A stretch of 64,000 nt of DNA from the human T2T-CHM13v2.0 reference genome, Homo sapiens. Below, one piece after another: positions 44,646-58,836 of this stretch. The position numbers and the translations under genes were made by a program. Position 1 is the stretch's first letter. Each line of letters opens with the position of its first letter. The notes beneath the pieces were generated by a model. The model worked only from the letters and a program-made list of their open reading frames with translations. It made no database searches and was not told where the DNA came from. The DNA lies in assembly GCF_009914755.1 (NCBI RefSeq), contig NC_060928.1. One strand, given 5' to 3'.

Positions 44646-45689
44646 TAATGTTGTGAGGATGAGAAACAGTTTATGCAAGGAATCAAGCAGGGTGTCAGGC
44701 CTAAGTAGACATTCAAAGGGACCTGGGTCCCTCTAAATGGCAATCTTTTCTTCCTTTTTCATATTTTAGTATTAAAAGATGTAAGTGAACAAGATCACCA
44801 AATAACAACACTTGTAATTCACATGAACAAAAAAATAAAATCAGCAGATAACTTTATTGCAAAAACACTTAAAAGGACCTTTTTAGCAAAGAATACGATT
44901 CAAATTCAACCTATTACTATTCCAGATAATGCTGGAATTACTTCCCAAGTTGGAAATAGCATACTCGCTGGATAGACTGGATCTTGTTGTCAGTCGTGTG
45001 ATATTTTCAACAGGCATGGGAGAAAAGAGAGTCTAGTATGGGGATAACTAAATCTTAACAGTTGCTGAAAGAACAACTTACTCTCTGACGTCTTTGGGAT
45101 GAAAAATTATCTATTCACTTGACAAGCACACATGACAAATGCCAAATGCCCTGTATATCTTATGTTATATGAAATTAAAGATGTGGTACTGTTTGCATTA
45201 TGGTGATAATTTCTTTAACAATTATTTTTATTATCAAATATTTCAAATTTTTAAAAATGGTAGAGCATATAATGAACCCCTGGGTATATACTACCGGCTT
45301 AAGAAATGAAACATTACAAATGTAATTGAAACCCCCCTGTGTTCTCATTTCTCAATTCCCCTGTTTCGTAGAACTCAAGGTAATCACACTGAATTTGTTG
45401 TTATTTATTCACATGGGGTGCATTCTTCAGGGTTACTTCCTCAGGCTAAGTTAAAACAGCCAGTCTTCTATCAATCTTCAGACTTAATTATTCCCTTTGT
45501 GCCTTTGAGTAGAATTTATGAAGTGGCAAGGTTTAATGATATTAGAATTAGGTCCTACTTCTTAAATTAAATCCAAAAGATGGGAAATACCATTTTAAGG
45601 CCACAACAACTGTGAAATGTAATGTTCTTTAAAAAAAAAATCAAGTCAAGGATATTTAGAAACATGTGAAAAAAGACTTTACAGATGTG

Positions 45690-46460
45690 GAAAGAATTCC
45701 AGATTTGAGTTTCAGTAATATGGAAAACTATACATAAAAACTCTCCTGCTAGATAAACTGGAAATGCTGGGAAAAAATACATGAACTTATAATGCTTAGC
45801 TGAGCTCATATAAAAGAAAAATATACAGATGCCAGGAATAATGAAGCAACTGAAAACCGGACTGGCACATGAGTAGTCTATCCTGTGTTTGCCTCGATGG
45901 TGGGTGGTGAGTAGGAGTTGTCATCTAGGAGTTTGATTTTTCAGGGAATGTGAAAAAGAAAAAACATAGGAGATGAGAACTTAACTCTTGCAATGTGGCA
46001 TACTGAAACTAAGATCTCTGTATAAAACTCGAAGAGCTAAACTCTCTGGCCACCAGCAAAAGAAGACAATAGACAATAGTGAAACTGGTTCTTCTATGCT
46101 TGGGCTCTAGGTGGGGAAAAGAAATCTCTTGAGAATCCATAATATGAGCCTGAACTCATACAGGATTGAAATTATCTCAAATGTGGCCTAGAAAGCCACA
46201 AGTCAAGAAATTACAAAGAAATAGGTCCCAAGCCAGGGATCTCTAGAGAGTACATGCAGAAGTAAACCCAAAACTATTCTGAAAGACAATTCTTAACCCA
46301 GGCTGCACAGGAGTTTTACAGACAAAGCCCTGCTGAAGATAAGCTCACAATGCAAGGTTTAAAACAAAAGAGAAAACAATCCACACTGGGTGGAAAAACC
46401 CATAGAAATACCCAAGAAATTCACATAATGAAAGTGTCTTACAGAGATTACTAAATAATT
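45690..46460 (+). mobile_element. Ancient L1ME/HAL1-type 5' region
   Basis: cagtaatatgg...ctcctgctagataaactggaaatgctgg start motif followed by A-rich ORF1-like sequence. Confidence 0.45.
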
Positions 46461-47109
46461 ATGACAAAAAGAATTATCACATATTTTCACTGAGTCTAAA
46501 ATCTAAAAATTTGATAACTACTACAAATTCTGAATTCCTTAATATACATAAAAATAAAAAATGGAGAGCCACTGTTAAGAGAAGGATTAATAACTGCACT
46601 TTTGGGGACGATCAAGGCAAAATCAGAAATAGAAAACATTGAATTATTTGCCACTGGCTTGCATTGGCACCGTGTAATAATAAATATAAAGTTGTAAATG
46701 CACATTATAGCTACTGCAGGAAAACACCTCCTCTCAGAAATGTGTAAACTGATGCTCTTTCATCAAAAGGGCCTACAAAAACACAGACGTAGAGCAAGTT
46801 ACTACCCTATATAGCATCTAGAGGATGTTGCTCTACACACCAAAGCTCACGTGATAGTTTTAAAGTTAGGGGTGGCAGTGGTAAAGAAATAGGATATATT
46901 CATCTTTACATGTTTTCTTATATATATTTGTAATGCCTTATAGATTAATGATCAATATATTCACCACTGTTCCATTACTTATTCTTCTGAGGCTCCCATG
47001 TAATAGACACCTATATAAATATCTTAGCATGATATTCATATCTGTTAATTAACTTTAACATAAACTTGAAATTTCTGCTCACTTACACATAAGCAGTCAA
47101 TGAGTTCTG

Positions 47110-47520
47110 TCTATTGTATTGTATATATCCAGTCATTCCTTGCCACTTCCACTGCCACACCCCTGTTTGGGTTGGCTGGTCATCACATCACACATGGATT
47201 TTTCCTTTCGTTATCAAATATTTTATTGCAAGCTTACTATGTATCAGGTACTATTGTCCTAAGTGCTACCTTATTAAAAGAATTTCAGTCCCTACCTTTA
47301 TTGTCTCTAGTGCTTGCTGCTCCATTTGAATCTTGTTGACTTAACCTTCTTAAAAGACGTATTGTTCACCTGTTTAAAACCCTTTAATGAAAATAATAAC
47401 AATAAAAAAATAAAAATCCTTCAATGGTTCCCTGGAACTTAGAAGATACAAACAGAAATTTTTACTTTGATACTGAAAGACTCTCCAAAATCTGGCCTCA
47501 AACTGTCTTTCTAAAGTTTT
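47110..47520 (+). mobile_element. L2 fragments
   Basis: ccactgccacacccct, aaaatccttcaatggttccc, tctggcctcaaact. Confidence 0.55.
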
Positions 47521-48552
47521 CTGTCACCTAGATGTTTACTTGTATTGGTTTGGGAGGCAGTGTCTTCCAAATAAGCCATATCAATTTTTGTCTCATCAGA
47601 GTCAGACTGAGTAAAAAACAAAACCTAATTATATTTTGTTTACAGAAAACATATAATAAATACAGGAATGCAAAAGGGTAGCAAATAAAAGAATGGAAAA
47701 AAACATAGCATTCAAACATTAATCAAAAGAAACTAGTATAGTTTTATTAAATCAGACAAAGTAGATTTTATAGCAGAAAACATGACTACAGATTTAAAAA
47801 TGTACACTTGAAAATAAGCATACTTCATAAGTATAATTCATAAATACTTCAAAATTTCTGGTTTGATCTGCCAGAAAGATACAATAATTCTAAATATGTA
47901 TGTACTTACAAATATGGCCTCAAAACATATAAAGAGACAATTGACAGAATTATAAGGAAAAGCAGACATATCCACAATCATATGGAAGAGTTTCATACAA
48001 CTTTCTTATTAACCGATAGACCAAGCAGACACAAAAATCAGTAGTATTAAAATATTGGATGATACACTAAAAAACCTAATTACTTGACATACATAGAACA
48101 CTGCACCCCAAAACTCAAGGGTAAATACTATTTTCATGAAACATTAATAAAAATTGAGCATATGCTAGGATATTAAAGCAAGTTTCAACAAATTTCAAAA
48201 AATGTTCCCTGACCACAGAGCAATTATTCTGTAAGTCAATGATAAAAGGATACCTTGAAAATCTCTATATATTTAAGGAGAAAATTAAGCAACATGCTTC
48301 TAAATAAACTGTGGGTCAAAAAAAGCCATTCTTATAGAAATTAGAAAATATTGTAACTGAATAATTATGAATAATTAAGTGTCAAAACATATAAGATAAA
48401 CTAGAGCTGCACTTGGAGGAAACTTTACAGCCTTTAAGTATATATTTTAGAAAAGAATGCTAAAAATCATTAATCTAAGTATCCATTTCAAAATGTTAGA
48501 AAAATAAGGTAAGTTAAGCCCAAAGAAAATAGAAGAAAATAATGAAGAGCGT

Positions 48553-48890
48553 GCAGCCATAAAAAATAACCAAACCATGTACTTTTCAGCAACATGGATG
48601 CAGCTGGAAGCCATTACCCTAAGCAAATTAAGGCAGAGATAGAAAACCAAATACTGCATGTTCTCACTTAGAAGTGGGAGCTAAACACTGGATTCACATG
48701 AACACGAAGATAGTAACAATAAACACTGGATTCCAAACGCGGGGAAGGAGGGAGGAATGCAAGGGTTGAAGAACCACCTATTGAGTATTATGTTTATGTC
48801 CTGGGTGACGGAATCACTAGGAGCCCCAACCTCAGCATCATGCAATATACCTATGTAACAAACCTACACATGTACCTCTTCAATATAAAC
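48553..48890 (+). mobile_element. Short L1PA16/L1PB-type 3' end inserted in the L1ME
   Basis: gcagccataaaaaa...gcaacatggatgcagctggaagccatt...aacctcagcatcatgcaatatacc. Confidence 0.85.
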
Positions 48891-50821
48891 TAATAATTAT
48901 AATAAGCAGAAATTAATACAATAAAATAAATATATGCAACAGAAGGGATCAATAAACCCACAAGTTTGTTCTTAGAAAAGACCAAAAGAATGGATAAGGT
49001 TTTGATGAGATTGATAAAGAGGAAAAAAGAGAAGTCACAAATAACCAATATCAGGAACGATGAGGAGTCTAACACTACATATTCTACAGACATTATAAAG
49101 ATCATAAAATGATAATATAAATAAATTTATGCCAATAATTTTGAAAATGTATAGGAAATGGATAAACTCTCAGAAAAATATAAATTCCAAAACTTACACA
49201 AGAAGATGTACAAAAATCTAAATAGTTTTCTATATAGATATATCAATTCAATCTATGTCTTCATCAGTGAATTTTACAAATAATTTAAGAAATTATTCTA
49301 ATCTCACACAAATTTTTCCAGAAAATAGAAAAAAATTTAAAACGTTTTTTATTTTTTGAGGCCAAACTGATCTCAATACAAAAATGTGACAAGAAAAATA
49401 CAAAAAAAGGAATATCACAGGTCAATCTCACTCATAATGCAAAAATCCTGTGATACACATAGATAAAAAATTCCTCAGCAAATTATTAGCAAACAAAATT
49501 AAGTGATTCCCACAAAAGGATACTGCCCATAACAAAGCTGGATTTATTCCAGGATCGATAGTTGATTTAACATTCAAATATCAACCAATATAATTCAACA
49601 TAATAATAAAGGGAAACATATGGTAATTTCAGTAGATGCAAGGAAAGTTTTGTATACTCGATATTCATTCATGATTAACAAGCAGACAGACATTTGGTAA
49701 ACTAGGAAATAGCATTAATTTGATTAAGGATTTCTCCAAAATACCTAAGCAAACATCATACAAAATCATGAAATCCTGAAAATTTTCACATTGTGATCAG
49801 AAACAAGAATGGCTGCTTAATACGACATCTCAGATTTCTATTTAATACCTTACTGCGGGGCCTAGCGAGTACAATAAGAAAATAAAATAAATAAAAGACA
49901 CGAGAAAAGAAAAAGAAGGAACAACATAGCCTTTATTTACAGATGTAAAAATTTAAATTATTCTAATTAAACAATAAGTTAAAGATTGCCAATACAAAGT
50001 CAAGACACAAAAATAAATTTTATTTCCACTTACCAAAACAAATTTGTAAAAGCACTATTTATAATAGCATCAAAATTATCAAATTCCTAGGAATAAATCT
50101 ACAAAAGTCACATAAAATATCTCTCTAGAAAACAATAAAACATTATTGAAAGATTAAAGATTCAAACACATGGAATATTCTATGAATTAAAAGACTCAAT
50201 ATTGTAAAAGTATCATTTTTCCTCAGATTGATCTATAGTATAGGGTCAAATAATCCCAATAAAAATTCTGTCAGGTTGTGTGTGTACATGTGTGGGCAAC
50301 ATGTATGCTGATTTAAAGGCCAAGAATAGTTGAGACACTATTAAGAAAGAACAAGCTGAGAGAACTTGATCTACCAGTCATTAGAATGTATTACGATTCA
50401 ACACTAATTAAGATAGTGTAGTCTTGATGATTGGAGCTTCCTACTCGGTTCAAACAAATCGATAAAGAGGTTCAAACAAATTGAACCGAGTAGGAAGCTC
50501 AAATACATATCACACATACATGGATACTTGATTTCAAATAAATAAGGCATTACAGAACAATGGGAGATGGAACTTCAGCAAATGGTAATGAGTCAATTGA
50601 CTATCCATAGATGGGGAAAAACATGAAATTTAACCCATATCATCTAAGGTGAATTGCAGATATAACCTGTTCAACAAACCTTCTAGAATATAATACAGGA
50701 GAATATCTTCATGATGTTCAGGTTGAAAACAATTTTTTAGCACACAAAAAACACAAAACATTATAAAAAGACCAATAAATTGGTTTACATTAAAAGTAAG
50801 AATTTCTGTTCATCTAAAGAT

Positions 50822-50996
50822 CTTTCTTTTTCACTTTATTGAGATATAATGACTAAATAAAAATTGCATATATTCAAGGTAAACAATGTGATGTTTTGAC
50901 ATACATATATGTTGTGAAATGATTACCACAATCAAGTTACTTAATACATCCATCACCTCATATACAGTGTGTTTGTGGTGAGAATACTAAAAGATC
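50822..50996 (-). mobile_element. Short L1MA-type 3' end inserted in the L1ME
   Basis: ctttattgagatataatgactaaataaaaattg...gtgaaatgattaccacaatcaag. Confidence 0.75.
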
Positions 50997-53920
50997 TCAT
51001 CTTTAAAACAATGAAAATTCAACCCACAAGAGTGGAAAAGGATACTGACTACAAACTGACAAAGAGTTTATATTCAGAATATATGAAGCACTTTTATAAA
51101 TCAATAAAGTAAAGACTTTTAAAATATGAGTGAAAGAAAATGATATTTCACAAAAGAGGCTATCTAAATTGCCAACAAACATATGAAAAGTGGCTTGACT
51201 TCATTAGTTATCAGGGAAAAGAAAATTAAAACTACAAAAAGTTAATATTATACTCACAAAAATTGATAAAATTAAAAAGAAAAACAATACTAAAGATTGG
51301 TGAAAATGTGGAGAAACAGCAACTTTTATACCCGGCTGTTGAAATGTGAATGGGTACATCCACTTTGGAAAATGAGTTAGCAATATCCACAAAACATGAG
51401 CATATCTATCTATCTGTCTATCAATCGATCTAACCATATGTGTATCTAACAGAAATGCACATGCAATATGAGTCAAAAGACAGGTACTAGAATTTTATAT
51501 CACCATTATTTGTAATAACAACTCCAATTACAAACAAGTAGAAGGGTAAATATATGCAATAGTAAATGAACAAACTATATTTACAGAAAGTAACTTGAAT
51601 ATATATTACAAAAATCATGTTGAATAAAAGAAATCCAACACAAAAAAACATATTTTGTACATATGTACCTAATGTTTATTATGTTAAACACTGGTGAAAC
51701 TAAACAACAGCATTTAATTCAGGATACGGGTTAATCTTGGAGAGGATAAAGGAAATAGTGGTTGAGAGGGGACACAAAGAGGGCTTCCAGGGTACTGATG
51801 TGCTCTAGTCTTTGCCAGGTGCAATGACTAAATTCATTGAGCTGGTGTTTGGTGCTCTGTATATATATTATGCTACATACATACACACACACACACTTAA
51901 AAGGAAAATAGACCGACAAAATCAGCCAAGGATTACAGTAGACAGGACTCATATAATTCCTCTGCTACCAAGTTACTTCATTTTAGTTTGCAAGTAATAA
52001 AGAGAAAATTATTCATATACAGAATCTTTTCATTAAAATAATATTTCCTCTTATTATAATTGCTAACTCTACAAAGAGCATATGGAAAATGATTAGTATT
52101 ATTTAAAATGGGAAACTGTGCTTACACTATATTCTTGATTCTTCCATATCACTAGTATATTTCATGCTTCAATAGACACACCATGAAAAAGGATTATAGT
52201 ATAAATAATATTGTTTCAAACACTTCTTCAGTTTTAAAAGAAAATTTTCTTATTTTGAATCCAAAAAAAAGTAATTTGACTTGAGAGAGTATGAATTGGA
52301 CCCAAAGGAATCAAATTGTGTTCCTACTAATGACGTTTTTGTTTCAACACACAACATGCCATATTTCAAAAACTCAAATTTTTTTTTTAACTCAAATGTT
52401 TTTGTGATGACCACTTGAGAGACTTATTTGGAGCTGTGTACAATTTCTGATGGTCTCGCTTACAAGTGAATTTTTCTAAGAATTTCATTTATTATCTAAA
52501 TTTCTGGAATGGGGAAAGGAAACCTGGAATAATGGATCAAAACTGGGTGGACATTTCTATGATTCCACAAGTATCATCCTCTAGAGAATGTCCTTTAGAA
52601 GAGCATCAATTTTCACCCACCTTTTTATCCCAGGCAAACTTCTGATCGCCTTCTCCATGCTCCAACCACAGATAATTTATATACGACAAATATTAACTAA
52701 ATAGTTTGATTTACACAACATTATTGCCTCAAAAAATGTAGTTGTTATTCCAGAGTCTCTTTCACAACATATAATAATGGGTGGTGTGTGATAGGCCACC
52801 CTTACTGCCCCTTTTCTCCTCCAATGCTTTAGTATAGCATATATAATATATACAAATTTTATAAGGGTCTGGTTATAAAATGACAGCTCCTCTATATATA
52901 ACAGGGTAAGATAAATTTCACCTCGCTCTACCCTTCTCTTCTTCCCATATCATTAATTCTATTACTCGTGTTAACACCATGCTGCAGTGCAGTCTGAATA
53001 TAACCTTCACACTCCACACTTGTTTTCCATGCCTAAAATACCCTCTTGTGTTATTTATCTATACTTAAATCTGCACGTTGTTCTGGAACCAGAATGTAAA
53101 CTTAAGAACACTTCTTCCCCACTCCTGATGATTCCCAACTGGAAGGAAGCTCAATTTCTTTGCCCTGAGCCTCTCTCACCCCTTCACCCCATCCCTGAGG
53201 AGTAAAATTATCTAATATGAAAGTATGGAAAGAAAAACAGAGAATACATGGCTCAGCACTACCCTCCTTCTAGGAAGCTTCCTGCCCTAGTCAATGCAAC
53301 CAGCTATAACGTGATTCTCAGGAATTCAATATTAGAAGCCCATCTTGGCTAAGACTTAAAAATATGTCCAACAATGTGTTGTCTATTAGGAAGGAAGGTA
53401 ATATTTTGGCCTTCATCTTCACTATTTATTTCATTTCTCAACTTGTACAGAACCTAGGAAGGGGGTCTCTTCATATACCTCTACATACATAAATTTCTAT
53501 CTTTCCAATAAGAACCTTACTGACTACACTGGGCACTGGTAATATCTGTCCTTATTAAAATAAAATAATACTTATTATCTGTTTCACTCACTGTCACCTT
53601 ACATTGAGTATGTGTAAATGTCTCTGTGTGTTCCTAGCCATCTCATAAGCTAGACTCTAAGTTCTTTCTGAGTAGAGAATATGTTTTCTACTTATGTATG
53701 TTCTACACAGGACTTAAGAAATTCAATAATACACATTGATTGTTTGAAAAAAGCTGCAATGTTTTCCTCCTGGAACTATATGTAATACAATTGATCACAG
53801 GGTTGTAAACATTTTGTTTATTTGATAGGGATGAGCAATAATTTTATATTATTTTTAATAATTAAAAATGGACACTTTTGATCATTCCCCTTTTAAGTAA
53901 ATATTTATAAACTGTATTGC

Positions 53921-54200
53921 AGCTGGGCATGGTGGCTCATGCCTGTAATCTCAACTACTTAGGAGGCCGAGGTGGGAGAATTGCTTGAGCCCAGGAGTTC
54001 AAGACCAGCCTGGGCAACCTAGTGAGACTCCATCTCTAAAGAAAATTTAAAAATTATGTGGTCATGGTGGTTTGCACCTGTAGTCCCAGCCACTTGGGAG
54101 GATCCCTTTAGCCCAGTAGTTTGAGCCTGTGGTGAGCTAGGGTCATCCCACTGCTTCCAGCCTAGGTGACAAAGTGAGGCTCTATCTCCAAAAAAAAAAT
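53921..54200 (+). mobile_element. AluJ (Jo/Jr-like)
   Basis: ttgcttgagcccaggagttcaagaccagcctgggcaac diagnostics; A tail. Confidence 0.92.
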
Positions 54201-55068
54201 AGACAGGAAAAAAAGAATAAAAAATGGTTCTCGCAGAGTGGCTCAGAACTAAAGTTAGATACAGTAAGAATTGCTAGAGTGTCCTTTTAGCATGCTGCTC
54301 AGTGCCTATTTCTGGGAATGAGCATGTGTCTTAAATAATTTACAGGGTTGCTCATAATCTATTCCAGATTGCAACATTAGCAAGTTTTATTGGGTATTCT
54401 TTGATCTTACTAAAAAGTAAGATTGAAAACTCAAGAAATAAAGGGTTTTGGGGTTTTCTTTGAATATTAAATTATAAACTTTTTTTCCTTCAACTATTAT
54501 TTTCAGTTCCAGGGTACCTGTGCAGGATGTGGAGGTTTGTTACATAGGTAAATGTGTGCCATAGTGGTTTACTGCACAGATAATCCCATCACACAAGCAT
54601 TAAGCCAAGCATCCATTAGCTATTCTTCCTGATGCTCTCCCCCTGCCCCTCTATAGGTGCCCAGTGTGTGTTGTTCCCCCTACCATGTGTCCGTGCTCTC
54701 ATTGATCAACTCCCACTTGCAAGTGAGAATATGTGGTGTTTGGTTTACTGTTCCTGCATTAGTTTGCTGAGGATAATGGCTTCCAACTCCATCCATGTCC
54801 CTGCAAAGGACATGATCTTGTTCCTTTTTATAACTGCATGGTATTCCATGGTGATTATGTACCATATTTTCTTTATCCAGTCTATTATTGATGGGCATTT
54901 AAGTTGATTCAATGTCTTTGCTATTGTAAATAGTGCTACAATTAACATATGTGTGCATGTATCTTTATAATAGAATTATTTATATTCCTTTGGATATATA
55001 CCCAGTATTGAGATTGCTGAGTCAAATGGTATTTATGCCTCTAGGTCTTTGAGGAATCGCCACATTGT

Positions 55069-55572
55069 TATGGGATATGATAAAGTTTCTTTTCAAATAA
55101 TCTGATCAATCTTTTATTCTTTAATTCATAGTTACACCCACCCTTTTTCCTTTTTCTCCTTTTATCTTTTTTGCCTTTGTTAGATGCCCAGACATGCCAT
55201 AGTACCAGGCATTATCAGTACCAGCTCACATTCCTTTCCTTATTTGGAAAGAGGACTAACTTTCTAGCTCATTACAGACACCGCTTCCCCTTCCTCTTCA
55301 CTTTCTTTTACGTTCCACCTTATCTAAAAAAAATTCAAATGTTTAGCCAACCGAGATTAGTTTAGATTGTACAACCCGACCCTGGCCAATGGGGAAAGGG
55401 TACAGGGGCATGACTTGCATCAGGAATAAAGGCTCTCGTGCCCTTTGTTCAGATGTGCTGTCATGGCGACTGGCCAAGGCAGCACCCCTCTGGGCAGAAG
55501 TAAAATTGCTTTGCTAAGAATCCTTTGTTCGAGTGTTCAATTTCTTTAGGATTTTGAGCGTTATTCCTAACA
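55069..55572 (+). mobile_element. Solo ERV1 LTR of the LTR10 family (LTR10D-like)
   Basis: Starts tatgggatatgat...tcaaataatctgatcaatc and ends ttcctaaca; CCAAT at ~55386. 4-bp TSD ttgt (55065-55068 / 55573-55576); the host L1 reads continuously across it. Confidence 0.8.
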
Positions 55573-55893
55573 TTGTCTTCCACAATGGTTGAACTAATTT
55601 ACACTCCCAACAGTGTAAAAATGTTCCTTTTTCTCCACAACCTCAGCAGCATCTGTTGCTTTTTGACTTTTTAATAATAGCCATTCTGATTGGCATGAAA
55701 TGGTATCTCATTGTGGTTTTGATTTGCATTTCTCTAATGATCAGTGATGTTGAGATTTTTTCATGTTTTTTGGCTGCATGTATGTCTTCTTTTGAAAACT
55801 GTCTGTTCATACTTTTTGCCCACTTTTTAATGGGGTTGTTTGTTTTTTCTTGTAAATTTAAGTTCCTTGTTGATTCTGGATATTAGACCTTTC

Positions 55894-55912
55894 ATAGATA
55901 GATAGATAGATC

Positions 55913-55949
<37 letters not shown>
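55894..55949. repeat. Tetranucleotide STR [GATA]3 GATC [GATA]9
   Basis: Direct reading. Confidence 0.97.
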
Positions 55950-57144
55950 CAAAAATTTTCTCCCATTCTGTAGGTTGTCTGTTCACTCTGATGATCGTTT
56001 CTTTTGCTGTGCAGAAGCTCTTTAGTTTAATTAGATCCCATTTGTCAATTTTTGCTTTTGTTGTGATTGCTTTTGGCATTTTTGTCATGAAATCTTTGCC
56101 CATACCTATATCCTGAATGGTATTATCTAGATTTTCTTCTAGGGTTTTAATAGTTTTGGGTTTTACATTTAAGTCTTTAATCCATCTTGAGTTAATTTGT
56201 GTATAAGGTGTAAGGACAAAGTCCAGTTTCAATTTTCGGCATATGGCAAGTCAGTTTTCCTAGCACCATTTATTAAATAGGGAACCCTTTCCCCATTGCT
56301 TGTTTTCATCAGGTTTATCAAAGATCAGATGGCTGTAGGTGTGCGGTCTTATTTCTGGGTTCTATATTTTGTTCCATTGGTCTATGTGTCTGTTTTTGTA
56401 GCACTACCATGCTGTTTTGGTTACTGTAGCCTTGTAGTATAGTTTGAAGTCCAGTAGCATGATGCCTCCAGCTTTGCTCTTTTTGCTTAGGATTGTCTTG
56501 GCTATATGAGCTCTTTATTGGTTCCATATGAATTTTTAAATAGTTTCTTCTAATTCTATAAAGAATGTCAATGGTAGTTTAATGAGAATAGCATTGAATC
56601 TATAAAATACTTTGGGCAGTATGGCCATTTTCACAATATTACTTATTCTTATTCATGAGTATAGAATGTTTTTCCATTTGTGTCCTCTCTGATTTCCTTG
56701 AGCAGTGATTTGTAGTTCTCCTTGAAGAGGTCCTTCACTTCCCTTGTTAGTTGTACTCCTAGGTATTTTATTCTCTTTGTAGCAATTGTGAATGGGAAGT
56801 TAATTAATGATTTGGCTGTCTGCTTGCCTGTTGTTGGTGTATAGGAATGCTTGTGACTTTTGCACATTTATTTTGTATCCTGAGACTTTGCTGACATTGC
56901 TTATCAGCTTAAGAATCTTTTGGGCTGAGACAATGAGGTTTTCTAGATAAAGAATCATGTTATCTGCAAACAAAGACAATTTGACTTCCTCCCTTCCTAT
57001 TTGAATACCCTTTATTCTTTCTCTTGCCTGATTGCCCTGGCCAAAACTTCCAATACTATGGTGAATAGAAGTGGTGAGAGAGGGCATCCTTGTTTGTGTT
57101 GGTTTTCAAGGGGAGTGTTTTCAGCTTTTACCCATTCAGTATGA

Positions 57145-57517
<373 letters not shown>

Positions 57518-57660
57518 AGCAGCTACTTTTTACTGAATACTTACTATTTGCCAGGCACTGCGCTAAGCGCTTACAGTTGTTATCTCACTCAGTCCTCTGA
57601 GGTATATTGCTACTATTTCCAGTTTGCAAATGAGGATGCCAAGGCTTAGAGAGGCTATGC
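57518..57660 (-). mobile_element. MIR
   Basis: cttactatttgccaggcactgcgctaagcgc ... gtttgcaaatgagga..aaggcttagagagg. Confidence 0.8.
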
Positions 57661-58183
57661 GTGGCAGATATTATTCACTGTCTGCCAAATACCCATGCTG
57701 CCTTCTTCCTTGCATAAAAAAATACTGTTTGTCTGTTTGTTTTCAAGTAGGCTATGTGTTTAGCCCCAGAAAACAGTGATTTGCCTAAGTCAACAATGAC
57801 AATCCTGTTCCCTGATTTTCAGACACATTTGCTTCCTTCTAGATGGAGGTGGTTGTGTGACCCAGTTCTTACCAATGAGACATAAGAAGTATGCTGAATA
57901 TTTCCAGGTTCCGGAAACGTTTTCCTTCCTGTCAAGAGGACAGATGTGGCCAGTATCACTCTTCTCCTTTCTTTCTCTCTCAAGTGCCAATGTGATAGTT
58001 ACATCAACTATCTTTGGACCATGACATAATGATCTAAAAATTATCAGAAAGCCTCTAGGAGACTGCTGGACCAATGAAGTAACCACAGACCTCCAGATTT
58101 TTTAATATATGAGAAATATAGAAACTTACTTAAGTCAGTGTAGTAGGGGTTTCTGTTATTGATAGCTAAATGCAATCCCAACA
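57661..58183. mobile_element. Ancient ERVL LTR (LTR33-family-like)
   Basis: gtggcaga...ggttgtgtgacccagttcttaccaatgaga...gtttctgttattgatagctaaatgcaatcc. Confidence 0.6.
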
Positions 58184-58252
58184 GTGATTTTGTGAAAATG
58201 AGATATGAGAAAGGATTTGTTAGTGAACGATTTTATTTAAAAATAAGTATTG

Positions 58253-58634
<382 letters not shown>

Positions 58635-58692
58635 CTAATACCTTGCCTTCAAGAGTTAACAATATACACAGTAAAATATTCATAAATTAACA

Positions 58693-58836
58693 CAGGTTGA
58701 GCATCCCAAAGCAGAAAATCTGAAATCCAAAATGCTTCAAAATCTGAAACTTTTTGAGCGCCAACATGATGCTCAAAGGTAATGTTCATTGGAGCATTTC
58801 AGATTTTGGATTTTTGGATAAGGTATACTCAACCTG
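58693..58836. mobile_element. Tigger4 (MER46)-derived MITE
   Basis: TIRs caggttgagcatccc / ggtatactcaacctg; internal aaatccaaaatgct...agcatttcagatttt palindromy. Confidence 0.85.

Larger units (their letters stand above)
47590..51870 (+). mobile_element. Ancient LINE-1 ORF2 and 3' end (L1ME/MD-like), highly degenerate
   Basis: A-rich strand with recognisable ORF2 landmarks from endonuclease (tcagacaaagtagattt, tatatgta..) through tcctaggaataaatct and gactcaatattgtaaa to the 3'UTR. Confidence 0.8.

Noticed and set aside
44926-45036. Short frames on both strands (IMLELLPKLEIAYSLDRLDLVVSRV; MPVENITRLTTRSSLSS) near possible splice sites
   Set aside because: Weak donors, under 45 codons, no recognised homology.
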